The translations under genes and the position numbers were made by a program. Under the pieces are notes generated by a model. It did no database searches and was not told where the DNA came from. It was given only the letters and a program-made list of their open reading frames with translations. This document shows, in pieces, positions 9,843 through 19,170 of a stretch of 64,000 nt of DNA (the stretch's first letter is position 1; the number at the start of each line of letters is the position of its first letter). Source of the stretch: Candidatus Eiseniibacteriota bacterium (GTDB lineage: Bacteria; Eisenbacteria; RBG-16-71-46). The stretch lies in contig CAVUWA010000001.1 of the NCBI GenBank assembly GCA_963744995.1, positions 160,001-224,000 of the forward strand. The letters are read 5' to 3'.

Positions 9843-11701
9843 ATGCTCGCCCGCATCCGCACGGCCGCGCTGTGGGGACTCGAAGCCCTTCCCATCGAGT
9901 GCGAGATCGACGTCGGGCCGGGGCTGCCGGGGTTCATCCTGGTGGGACTTCCGGACGCCTCGGCGCGCGAGGCGCGCGATCGGATCTGGCCCGCGCTCCG
10001 GAACACCGGCTTCGCCGTTCCGGATCGTCGCGTGACCGTGAATCTGGCGCCCGCCGAGCGCCGCAAGGAAGGCGCGTCGGGGGACCTCGCGATCGCGCTC
10101 GGCATCCTGTGCGCGACGAACCAGGCGCCGGCGGGGCGGCTGTTCGATCCGGATGCCGTGCCCGAGTTCGGCGACGCCATGAGCGCAGCGCGACGGGACG
10201 GGCAGGCGCCGGATGCAGCGGTCGCGCGGGCGGAGCACGCGGCAGCCGGAAAACCCGAATCTGCCCCGGCCACACCCCCCGGGGGAGATGATCCCGGCAT
10301 CGTTACGTTCCCCGGGGAACGTGCTCCGGGCGCGACACGCGATGCGCCCGCCGGGGAATGTTCGAGAGACGCATCACCACTCCACAGCGGAGACTCCGGC
10401 CACTTTCTTACCGTCCCCGGGGACGGTAACGACGTAGACACTTCCGTCCACAGCGTGGACACCCCGCTCATCGAACATCAGCGCCGCGAGCGCCTCGGCC
10501 CGGTCGCGGCGCTGGGCGAAATCGCGCTCGACGGCACCGTGCGCGGCGTGCGCGGCACGCTGTCGCTGGCCGACGCGCTGGCGCGCGAAGGCGTAACCAC
10601 GTTGCTGTGCGCCGCCGACGCCGCGCCCGAGGCCGCATTGATCGAGGCGCTGACCGTGCACCCGGTGCAGAGCCTCAAGCAGGCCGCGGCGTGGCTGCGC
10701 GGCGCGGACCTGCCGCGGCAGTCGCCCGCGGCGCCCGACGCCGAGGCATCGCGAACGGCCGACCTGTCCGACGTGCGCGGCCAGGCGCTCGCGCGCCGCG
10801 CGCTCGAGATCGCCGCGGCCGGGGGGCACCACGTGCTGCTCGTCGGCCCGCCGGGGGCGGGCAAGTCGATGCTCGCGCGGCGGGTACCCGGCATCCTGCC
10901 GCCGCTCGCGCCCGACGAGGCCGTGACGGTGACGCGCCTGCACTCGATCGCCGGCCTGCGCCCGCCCGGCCGCGGATTGATGCGCGCGCGCCCGTTCCGC
11001 GCGCCGCACCATTCGCTCTCGCGCGCCGGGCTCATTGGCGGCGGCTCGCCGCCCCGGCCCGGCGAGCTGTCGCTCGCACACCACGGTGTGCTGTTCCTGG
11101 ACGAACTGTCGGAGTACCCGCGCGGCTTGCTCGACGCGCTGCGCGAGCCGCTCGAGACCGGGTCGGTGTGCATCTCCCGCGCCCGCGCCACCGTGGAATT
11201 CCCGGCGCGTGCGCTACTGGTCACCGCAATGAACCCCTGTTTCTGCGGCTGGCTGGGCCATCCGAAGCGAGGCTGTCGTTGCACGCCCACCCAGCTCGCG
11301 CAGCTCCACGCGCGCGTCTCGGGGCCGGTGCTCGACCGACTCGATCTGCAGATCGAAGTGCCCGCGCTCACTTCACACGAGCTGCAGCGTGCAGAGCCGG
11401 GTGAAGCGTCGGACGTCGTGCGTGCGCGCGTGCGCGCCGCGCGCGAGCGGCAGCGACGCCGCGGCCATCTCAACGCCGAGCTTCCCGATGCTCGCCTGCG
11501 TCGCGTGTGCGCGCTCGATCAAGTCGCGCGCGCGCTGGTCGCCGAGGCGATCGATCGCTCCGGGCTCTCGGCGCGCGGCGTGATGCGCGCGCTGCGCGTG
11601 GCGCGGACGATTGCGGATCTGGATGGCGCGAGCGCGTGGACGACGGCGCGGTCGCGGAGGCGTTGATGTATCGGGCGTACGAGGCGAGGCGGGCAGGGTA
11701 G
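9843..11701 (+). CDS. comM: ComM / YifB Mg-chelatase-like AAA+ ATPase, with a ~115-aa in-frame insertion and a 1-bp frameshift near the C-terminus (true end 11701; uncorrected ORF ends 11666)
   Basis: VGLPDASAREARDR, VTVNLAPA, GEIALDG, DVRGQ, GPPGAGKS, RPFRAPHH, LFLDEL, AMNPCFCG, SGPVLDRLDL, SARG..RVARTIADL; the AEALMYR ending is in the shifted frame. Confidence 0.93.
10305..10429. repeat. Two related perfect palindromes inside the comM insertion
   Basis: ACGTTCCCCGGGGAACGT (10305-10322) and TTACCGTCCCCGGGGACGGTAA (10408-10429). Confidence 0.85.
11238..11693 (+). repeat. comM 3' tail direct repeat, copy 1
   Basis: Begins TGTTTCTGCGGCTGGCTGGG; aligns to 17147-17603 with about 35 differences by manual count. 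Confidence 0.95.
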
Positions 11702-11980
11702 CCAAAAGGCCCACCAGATTTCCCTTGCGGACCCCCCCCCCCTCGCGGGCGTCCAATCCCGCATGGCGCAGGTCGTCCGCTTCTCCCCGTCCGATCTGCA
11801 CGTTCGTGGCAAGCGGCCGACTTCTCTGGACGGATTACGCACCATGCGGTTGCCACCGTTTGATCGATGTATCGGGGCCCTGCCTCTCGAGCAGACGAGC
11901 CCGCTCCCGCAGCCCACCGCCGATCGGCCAGCCACCGTCACCATTCCGGCCCACCGCCGCATCGACATGGAGACACGATC

Positions 11981-14065
11981 ATGCGCCGCGCTCGCTGGTA
12001 TCATTGTGTCCTGATGCTGCTGTTCATCTCGAGTCCCGCATCTGCAATCCAATTGGAGTGGAGTACGGGCGCTGACACGCTTTCCTTCACGGACGCCAGA
12101 CGCTGCACGCTGGTGGTCCGGGCAGACGAGGGCGAGGATGCCCTGCCGCCCGAGTGGCGGCTGCTTTGGGTGGCAGACAGCTGTCAGGTCTCGTTCGTCC
12201 CCCAGTCCTGTGGAGCAGACATCGCGCAGATCGGCGCCCTCCACAGCCCGGTGAGTCTGGCCGACGTCGTCGAGAATCGCATCAATGCGCAGTTCTGTTC
12301 TTCCGGGACCGATCCGGCCGCCCTGGCCTGGTTCGTCTTCGATACCTCCCCCGTGGGAAGCGGCAAGTTCAAGGTCGTGGCCCTCGATCCATCGGACCCG
12401 GATTCGAATCGAGTCCTTCAGTCGCAAGTGGTCGAGTTCAATGGCGGCTCTTCTTCGGAGTTCCCCCCGGTGATCTTACGGACTGCGAGGGTCCACCGAT
12501 CTACGCACTATGAACTCAGGGTAGTGGGTGTCGGCCTGCACACGACAGGCGGACTCAGACTGGTCGCACCAAACTGGTCATGGGATCTACCGCTGCACAT
12601 CACCAGCTCGAGCGATACGTGCGTCCTGGCTACCGCTGCAATCGCGGCGAATGTGCCGGCAGTCTTCGTGCAACTCGACGGTAGCGCCGGCCAGACGGCC
12701 ACGGGCCCTGTTCAGGCTGATCCGCTCCCTCCGCCTCTGGCTCCACAAGCGGGATGCCAGGAGAGCTTCATCGAAGACATCTACCCCTCCTACACCATCC
12801 AGCCGAAAGACTTCACCTTCGTTGCGGGCGGATGGACGCCCTCAGGAAGTTGGACCTTCCATCTCTTCTATATTCGGCAGAATCAGTTCACCAAGCTCTA
12901 CCATGGCGGTGTCGACGCCACGGAGAAGAATCTCGGCCACGCGGTGTCGAATGACCTCAGCGAGTGGACCGTTCTGGATACAGCGGCGATCAGGACGCGT
13001 GGGGGGCGCTTTGACAGTCTGCATGTTTGGGCGCCCCATATCGTCCAGCGAGGTCTGACGTACTACCTCTTCTACACCGGGGTCGACGAAAACAAGGACC
13101 AGCGGATCGGCCTCGCTACTTCCACTGATCTGGTGAACTGGACGCAGGGCGACAGCGTCTTCGAGGTTCCGACGAGCAGTTGGGAGGATCCAAACCCCAC
13201 GCCCACCAGTGATCCCTACCATGGGCAGCAACAGCTTCGGGATCCATTCGTCATGGAGAACCCCGACACGTCCGGCGAGTGGCTCATGTACTACGTTACG
13301 GTGGCGCGGGACTATACGCCGGGCATGGTTGTCGGTGTGGCCCGTTCCGACGGCGATTTCTCCTCATGGTCGAATACCTTTCCACTGTGGGCCACGTTGC
13401 ATCCCTGGCCCTCGGACAGCACAAATCGAGTTGAGTCGCCGCACGCATTCATGCGTAACGGTGCCTGGTGGCTCTTCTACACGGCGAACGGCGACAGCGT
13501 TTACGGCGTTTCCAACCCGACGAGCCCGACGGACGAAGTAACTGCCGACTGGACCCAGGCGCAGGCTCTGGAGGCCTTGGTGCCGTTGTCAGAGGCAACC
13601 ACCTACAATTTCTGGCACGCCACCGAGTACCTGGAGATCAGCGCGGTAAACAACATCCGCTACCTCGCCGCCTACAACGACGCCTACCAGTCGATCAGCT
13701 ACACGCAGTTGGGCGACGCACCGCCTTACCTCTTCACCGGCCTATGCCCGAGCACGACCACCGTAGATGAACCGCCGACAGGCGCCAGTGGTCCGCGTCT
13801 TTACCTCACCGGCATGCTCCGCGCCCGGTCCCGAATAGGGCTCCGAGTCCAGCTCCCGGGGAGGATGTTGGCCAAGCTTGCCGTCTACGACGTGCTCGGG
13901 CGTCGAGTCAGAACGCTGGTAGACGGCGAGCTCCCGGCCGGCGCGACAGAGTGTTCATGGGACGGTCGGGACACGGACGGCATCCCCCTCGGAAGCGGGG
14001 TTTACTTTGCGAGCCTGAGTGCCGCGGGCAGTCGGCATACGGTTCGTGTGCCGCTCATTCGGTGA
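11981..14065 (+). CDS. Secreted five-bladed beta-propeller glycoside hydrolase (GH32/GH43-like) with a FlgD-Ig-like C-terminal domain
   Basis: Signal peptide, GGAG RBS; PKDF, FHLFYI, LGHAVSNDLSEW, VWAPHIV, YYLFYTG, IGLATSTDLVNW, LRDPFV, VESPH; C-terminus VYDVLGRRVRTL..WDGRDTDG..SGVYFA. Confidence 0.78.
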   Translation: MRRARWYHCVLMLLFISSPASAIQLEWSTGADTLSFTDARRCTLVVRADEGEDALPPEWRLLWVADSCQVSFVPQSCGADIAQIGALHSPVSLADVVENRINAQFCSSGTDPAALAWFVFDTSPVGSGKFKVVALDPSDPDSNRVLQSQVVEFNGGSSSEFPPVILRTARVHRSTHYELRVVGVGLHTTGGLRLVAPNWSWDLPLHITSSSDTCVLATAAIAANVPAVFVQLDGSAGQTATGPVQADPLPPPLAPQAGCQESFIEDIYPSYTIQPKDFTFVAGGWTPSGSWTFHLFYIRQNQFTKLYHGGVDATEKNLGHAVSNDLSEWTVLDTAAIRTRGGRFDSLHVWAPHIVQRGLTYYLFYTGVDENKDQRIGLATSTDLVNWTQGDSVFEVPTSSWEDPNPTPTSDPYHGQQQLRDPFVMENPDTSGEWLMYYVTVARDYTPGMVVGVARSDGDFSSWSNTFPLWATLHPWPSDSTNRVESPHAFMRNGAWWLFYTANGDSVYGVSNPTSPTDEVTADWTQAQALEALVPLSEATTYNFWHATEYLEISAVNNIRYLAAYNDAYQSISYTQLGDAPPYLFTGLCPSTTTVDEPPTGASGPRLYLTGMLRARSRIGLRVQLPGRMLAKLAVYDVLGRRVRTLVDGELPAGATECSWDGRDTDGIPLGSGVYFASLSAAGSRHTVRVPLIR

Positions 14066-16563
14066 AACGTGTGAACCCGACCAACGACCCTCTCCGGTGT
14101 TTCGGCGGTGCGCGCCCTCCTGCGCGGGGCGCAAGCATATGGTTCGCTGCGACGGCGCTGGCCTTCGTGCTTTCTCTTTGGGCCGCGCCGCGTGCCTCGT
14201 CGCAGGAGCTTCAGCCGCATCTCTGGGGCACGAATGGGACGGTGAGTGCGGTCGTTCGCTCGGGGAACACGATCTACATCGGCGGCGCGTTTACGATGGT
14301 GGGGCCGAACACGGGCGGTGGCGTCCCCGTGGATCGCACGACGGGTGAGTCCATTGCCCCGTACCCACCGGTAGCAGGAGTCGTGAATGTCGCCCTTCCG
14401 GACGGAAACGGCGGTTGGTTCATCGGTGGCTCGTTCGTTGCCGTCGGCGGGATGCGCAGGCTGAACTTGGCGCACATCCTCGCTGGCGGCCAGGTGGCGA
14501 GTTGGACGCCGGATCCGGATGGGGACGTCCTGACTCTTGCGCTCGAAGGGCAGACGCTCTATGCGGGAGGCTCCTTTCACCAAATTGGAGGAGTGGCTCT
14601 GAGCTACATCGCTTCATTCAACGTGGTGAGCGGCGCGATCAACGCGTGGGACGCGGATGCTGGTGCCCGTGTCCGTGCCATTCTGCTCGACCGGGGCAGG
14701 CTCTACGTGGGCGGGGACTTCGCAACGATTGGTGGGGAGGCGCGTCGCAGCCTTGCCGAACTGGATCCGGCGACCGGCGCGGCGACACCCTGGAACCCTG
14801 ACGTGGGGTTCTCCGGCGGACCAGGCGCCGTGCACGTGCTTGCGGCCCTTGGCGACACGGTATACGTCGGCGGGAACTTCGGCATGGTCGGACCTCAGTA
14901 CCGCAGTTGCATCGCGGCCGTGGACGCTGCCACCGGCCTCGCCACCGGTTGGAATCCCGATGTCACAGGCCCGGACGACAGGTACTTCGGCAACCCCTAC
15001 GTGGACGCGCTGGCGGTGGGGCAATCCTCCATCTTCGTGGGTGGGCACTTCACAGGTGTCGCGGGCCAGCCTCGAGGTGGCTTCGCAGAAGTCGACCTCT
15101 CCAACGGGTCGGTGACTGCTTTCGATCCGAATCCAGGCCCGGACATCACTGCGCTCGTCCTGCGCGGGAACATCCTGTTCCTGAGCGGTGGTTTTAGGGC
15201 GATTGATGGTGTGGCTCGGAGTTATTGCGCACAGCTGGACCTCACGTCGGGTGTCGTGAAGAGCTGGGACCCCAAACCGAACTCCGCGGTGCTGGCGCTC
15301 GCCGTGAGCGGGAACCAGGTGTATCTGGGCGGGGTGTTCACCGGGGTCGGCCCCGAGTGGCAGCAGCGGAGGAACCTGGCCGCGCTCGATGCCTCGACCG
15401 GCGCCCTCAAGAACTGGAATCCCGCCCCCGACGGGCTGATCGTCGAGTCGCTTGCTCTCACCCACGGTCGACTCTACGTGGGTGGGCACTTCTTCAACAT
15501 CGGTGGCCAGGAACGCTGGGGACTCGCGGCCCTGGACACACTGACTGGAGCGGCGACCGAGTGGAATCCCACTCCCAACAGCGTTGTTGGAACGCTGCGC
15601 GCAGTTGGCGACACGCTCTTTACCGGCGGGTACTTTACGTCCGTGGGGGGCGTACCAAGAGGGCGACTTGCCTCCTTCAATCTGAATACAGGCGAATTGA
15701 CGAACTGGGATCCCAGTGCCGCCAGCGACGTCTACGATCTTGCTGTGCATGGAGACACCGTATATGTGGGCGGATTCTTTCGAACAATCGGAGGTACTCT
15801 TCGAAACCGCCTCGCCGCTGTCGATGCAACGACGGGACTCGTCAAAGATTGGGATCCGAACGCGGACAGCTGGGTCGAAGCGGTTGCGGTGGTAGGTGGA
15901 AGAGTTTTCGTCGGAGGCAATTTCCGCACGATTGGTGGCATGCCTCGGTCCCGCCTTGCTGCACTCGACGCGGTGACAGGGAACGTCGCGGATTGGACTG
16001 CCGATGCGAACTCGCGTGTGGAAGCGCTGACGCCGGTCGGCGACTCCCTGCTCTACGCGGGCGGCATCTTCTCGACAATCGCCGGCTCCCCGCGAAGCGG
16101 GCTGGCCGCGCTGGACATCGAAACAGGCAAGTTGGAAGAGTGGAACCCCGATCCGGGTGGCGGGATCAGCACGATCGTGAAATACCACGACACGCTCTAT
16201 GTGGGCGGCGGCTTCACCCGAGCGAGCGGCACACCTGCCGTGAGCCTTGCGGCGTTTTCCCTTTTGCCGCCCGCTCCCGAGCCCGAGCCGACACCTGAGA
16301 CCGTGTCGCTCCTGCCCATCAGACCCAACCCGGTCCATTCGAGCGCAACGGTGAGCTTCTCGTTACCCTCGGGGGGGGCAGTGGACTTGGAGGTTTTCGA
16401 TATCCAGGGTCGAATGATGTCGTCGCTATTGCGTCGAGCGTACTTCCCCGCGGGCGTGCATGACGTGCCGCTGCGTGCAGACCAGTGGCCACGGGGTTCC
16501 TATTTCATTCGACTCGTGGCTGGAGGGCGCATTGCAACCGGCAAGATGGTGGTCCTGAGGTAG
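14062..16563 (+). CDS. Secreted repeat (beta-propeller) protein with a T9SS type-A-like C-terminal sorting domain
   Basis: About a dozen ~50-aa repeats LYVGGxFxxIGGxxRxxLAAxDxxTGxxxxWNP; PEPEPTP linker; C-terminus PNPV..FSLP..VFDIQGR..GSYFIRL..KMVVLR; GTGA overlap with the upstream stop. Confidence 0.8.
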   Translation: MKRVNPTNDPLRCFGGARPPARGASIWFAATALAFVLSLWAAPRASSQELQPHLWGTNGTVSAVVRSGNTIYIGGAFTMVGPNTGGGVPVDRTTGESIAPYPPVAGVVNVALPDGNGGWFIGGSFVAVGGMRRLNLAHILAGGQVASWTPDPDGDVLTLALEGQTLYAGGSFHQIGGVALSYIASFNVVSGAINAWDADAGARVRAILLDRGRLYVGGDFATIGGEARRSLAELDPATGAATPWNPDVGFSGGPGAVHVLAALGDTVYVGGNFGMVGPQYRSCIAAVDAATGLATGWNPDVTGPDDRYFGNPYVDALAVGQSSIFVGGHFTGVAGQPRGGFAEVDLSNGSVTAFDPNPGPDITALVLRGNILFLSGGFRAIDGVARSYCAQLDLTSGVVKSWDPKPNSAVLALAVSGNQVYLGGVFTGVGPEWQQRRNLAALDASTGALKNWNPAPDGLIVESLALTHGRLYVGGHFFNIGGQERWGLAALDTLTGAATEWNPTPNSVVGTLRAVGDTLFTGGYFTSVGGVPRGRLASFNLNTGELTNWDPSAASDVYDLAVHGDTVYVGGFFRTIGGTLRNRLAAVDATTGLVKDWDPNADSWVEAVAVVGGRVFVGGNFRTIGGMPRSRLAALDAVTGNVADWTADANSRVEALTPVGDSLLYAGGIFSTIAGSPRSGLAALDIETGKLEEWNPDPGGGISTIVKYHDTLYVGGGFTRASGTPAVSLAAFSLLPPAPEPEPTPETVSLLPIRPNPVHSSATVSFSLPSGGAVDLEVFDIQGRMMSSLLRRAYFPAGVHDVPLRADQWPRGSYFIRLVAGGRIATGKMVVLR

Positions 16564-16704
16564 CGTCGGAGTGAGACAGGGGCTCGCGAGGTCCGCGGCA
16601 GGCCCTGATACGGATTTCTATCGACTCGAGGTGGCCGGGCGGACAGCCACTCGGAAGATGACCGTGGTGCGGTGAGTCCCAACGACCCTCACTCCTGAAT
16701 CCCG

Positions 16705-17199
16705 TCACCGACACGGTAGCAAGGTCGCCTGAAGCCGACGCCGCGTCTCCCTCCTCGGCACCCGCACTCCGCGCTCGGCGTTTCGCACCGTCCGTGGATC
16801 CACCCCGGCCCGCCTCGCCAACTCCTCCTGCGTGAGCCCGAGCCGAACCCGGGCGGCCCGGATCGAGCCCGCCAGGTCGGACGGGCTCGGCGTGAGCCCC
16901 GGCCCGAGCACCGCCTCGAGATCCGGCCAGCGACTTGGGAGCGGCACGGACCGGTCCTGTTCCCAACGGGCGACGCTCTGATCCCAGCACCCCAGCCGCG
17001 CGGCAAGGGTTCGTTGCGTCAGACCCAGATCCATCCTCCGCTGACGAATCCGCTCCCCGAGCGTGCGCGGCTCGCGCGGGTAACCCCTTGGCAGAGCGCG
17101 CGGTCTGGCACCGCAAAGCCGAAGTGGCAGATTGGCAACGCAACGGTGTTTCTGCGGCTGGCTGGGACATCCGAAGCGAGGCTGTCGCTGCACGCCCAC
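16705..17199 (-). CDS. Tandem HTH (XRE family) DNA-binding protein; true start uncertain
   Basis: Two HTH_3 units: LGERIRQRRMDLGLTQRTLAARLG..VARWE and LAGSIRAARVRLGLTQEELARRAGVDPRTVRNAE. Confidence 0.75.
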   Translation of the reverse strand: MGVQRQPRFGCPSQPQKHRCVANLPLRLCGARPRALPRGYPREPRTLGERIRQRRMDLGLTQRTLAARLGCWDQSVARWEQDRSVPLPSRWPDLEAVLGPGLTPSPSDLAGSIRAARVRLGLTQEELARRAGVDPRTVRNAERGVRVPRRETRRRLQATLLPCR

Positions 17200-17608
17200 C
17201 CAGCTCGCGCAGCTCCACGCGCGCGTCTCCGGCCCGGTGCTCGACCGACTCGATCTGCAGATCGAAGTGCCCGCGCTGACTTCACACGAACTGCAGCGCG
17301 CGGAGCCGGGTGAATCGTCGGCGCTCGTGCGTGCGCGCGTGCGCGCCGCGCGCGAGCGGCAGCAACGCCGCGGCTATCTCAATGCCGAGCTGCCCGATGC
17401 GCGCCTGCGCCGCGTGTGCGCGCTCGATCAAGTCGCGCGTGCGCTGGTCGCCGAGGCGATCGATCGCTCCGGACTCTCGGCGCGTGGCGTGATGCGCGCG
17501 CTGCGCGTGGCGCGGACGATCGCCGATCTGGATGGGGAGCCGAACGTGAGCGACGGTGCGGTTGCGGAGGCGTTGATGTATCGGGCGTATGAGGCGAGGC
17601 GGGTGTAG
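17147..17608 (+). pseudogene. comM: Orphan comM 3' tail (repeat copy 2), intact frame CFCG...AEALMYRAYEARRV but no 5' part
   Basis: Near-identical to comM residues from CFCG onward; upstream sequence is unrelated to comM. Confidence 0.9.
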
Positions 17609-17715
17609 CGCGACTTCGCCTGACTGACGGGGCTGTCCGTGGCTGCCCCTCCGGCAGCCAGTGGAGGCAGGCAGGGCGCCCCCTCCCCCAACCCCTGTTC
17701 CCATGCGCCAACCCC

Positions 17716-18342
17716 CTACGGTTGAGTACAGGCGATGGTCGGTGGGCCGACCGCGAACGAGGCGCTGCAATCCTCACGACCCATCTTCTTGGTCCTGACG
17801 AACTCCCGCTGAAAATCGACGACTACCGTCGAGTCATTTTCAACTGGTCCGATCACGAGCAGGGTTGCGCCGTTGCGCCTGACAAAGAGCGGGGCGACGA
17901 GCACGTCGCCAACCTCCAGCTGGCCCGTTGTCGCATGCGTGGAGCCGGCGCCTGGGCAGACATTCACCAGGATGAGCTTGGACAGAGAGTCCGCGGTGAG
18001 ATTGACGGTGAAGCTGTCCCCGTTCGCGGCTCTGCAGCCGATGCTCCCGCCATTCCGAACGATGAGAAAGGATCTGCCGGCCAAACAGGCTGAGGAGCCC
18101 CGGAGCGAGGAGACGCGCTCTCGTACCTTGTCGAACCGAAGCCCTTTGACGATGCTGGGAGAAGCGGGCGGGGTTGCTGTCGTGTAGACCGCCATCCACG
18201 CAGCGACGCCGGGTGAACAGTACGGCCCGGCTGGAAGCCCGCGTACTTGTGCTGAATCGGCGACGAAACTGTCCGCGCCGGCAGCGGCGGGCAGAAGCAA
18301 CAACCCAAGAACCGCGGCTCGACGAAGGCCGGGGGGCTGCAT
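17716..18342 (-). CDS. Hypothetical secreted protein
   Basis: Signal peptide (RRAAVLGLLLLPAAAGA), GGAGG RBS, six Cys; no family recognised. Confidence 0.55.
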   Translation of the reverse strand: MQPPGLRRAAVLGLLLLPAAAGADSFVADSAQVRGLPAGPYCSPGVAAWMAVYTTATPPASPSIVKGLRFDKVRERVSSLRGSSACLAGRSFLIVRNGGSIGCRAANGDSFTVNLTADSLSKLILVNVCPGAGSTHATTGQLEVGDVLVAPLFVRRNGATLLVIGPVENDSTVVVDFQREFVRTKKMGREDCSASFAVGPPTIACTQP

Positions 18343-18556
18343 TCCAGTTTTCCTCCACCGGTTTCGGTTGGAGGATTTTTCTTCTCTTCCCTGATTGAAG
18401 TCAAGGTAATGATTCTGGGATTCTTGATTTCCAGAAAGAAGGGGGGGCGCTTGCCGCAGACCTCATCAGGCTCTCAACCGACACACCAGCCGACCGCGTA
18501 CCGCCTGTACGCTGCGCTCGGAGGCGCGTTGCTGTTCTGGTTGTTGGGCTGGGTCC

Positions 18557-19044
18557 ATGTACTACGTCACCATTCACAAGGACGAGACGACAAAGATGGT
18601 GGTCGGTCTGGCGCGGTCGTCCGGTGATCTCTCGGTGTGGAGCAACTGCGGGCCATGCACGGCACCTAGCAGCAGTACACCGACTCGACGAACGACGTCG
18701 TCGAATCTCCAAATTTGTTCCAGCACTACGACGTGACGTCGGGCACGATGTCGCGCTGGCTGCTCCTAACGACGAACACTAATCAGGAGCAGAACATGCA
18801 TTTCGAGCGGACGCTCGGCTCCCCGAGCGACACGCTCGCCGCACCCTGGCTGCCGACCACCGACCTCTACACCTACCTGAGCGGGGACTCGACCGTCTCC
18901 TACTGGCATGCGATCGAGTATCTGCCGGTGCCGGCGCGGATCGGCGGCTACGCGCTGAACCACGAGTTCCTGGCGGCCTATGACGACAGCGCGTGGGGAA
19001 TCGACATCAACGAGATCCGCTGGAACGCGAACCCGCTATCGTAG
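18557..19044 (+). pseudogene. Degraded paralog fragment of the 11981-14065 glycosidase-like propeller
   Basis: MYYVTIHKDETTKMVVGLARSSGDLSVWSN vs MYYVTVARDYTPGMVVGVARSDGDFSSWSN; frameshift near 18650 and TAG at 18667; VESP..YWHAIEYL..FLAAYDD vs VESP..FWHATEYL..YLAAYND. Confidence 0.8.
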
Positions 19045-19170
19045 ACACCGCCCGTGCCGTTCGGGACCCATTCGGCGTGGGCGCCCGTCCATGAGAGCGG
19101 GAGCAGCAGCACGGCAACGAGGGCGGCAGGGCCGATCATAGGAACACGCAAGGACATGCTCGAATTCGGA

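Larger units (their letters stand above)
11238..17146. mobile_element. Putative 5,909-bp integrative cassette in comM (replacement comM tail, two secreted cargo genes, XRE gene; no integrase)
   Basis: Bounded by duplicated comM tails; sharp junction AACCCC|TGTTTC vs CAACGG|TGTTTC; visibly more A/T-ending codons than the flanks. Confidence 0.72.

Noticed and set aside
10130..10495. Intein in comM
   Set aside because: No N-terminal Cys/Ser block or C-terminal HN-[CST] motif; the insert is low-complexity
14230..16260. Periodic repeats that could suggest a CRISPR or DNA repeat array
   Set aside because: The repeats are protein-level and divergent in DNA; there is no identical repeat-spacer structure
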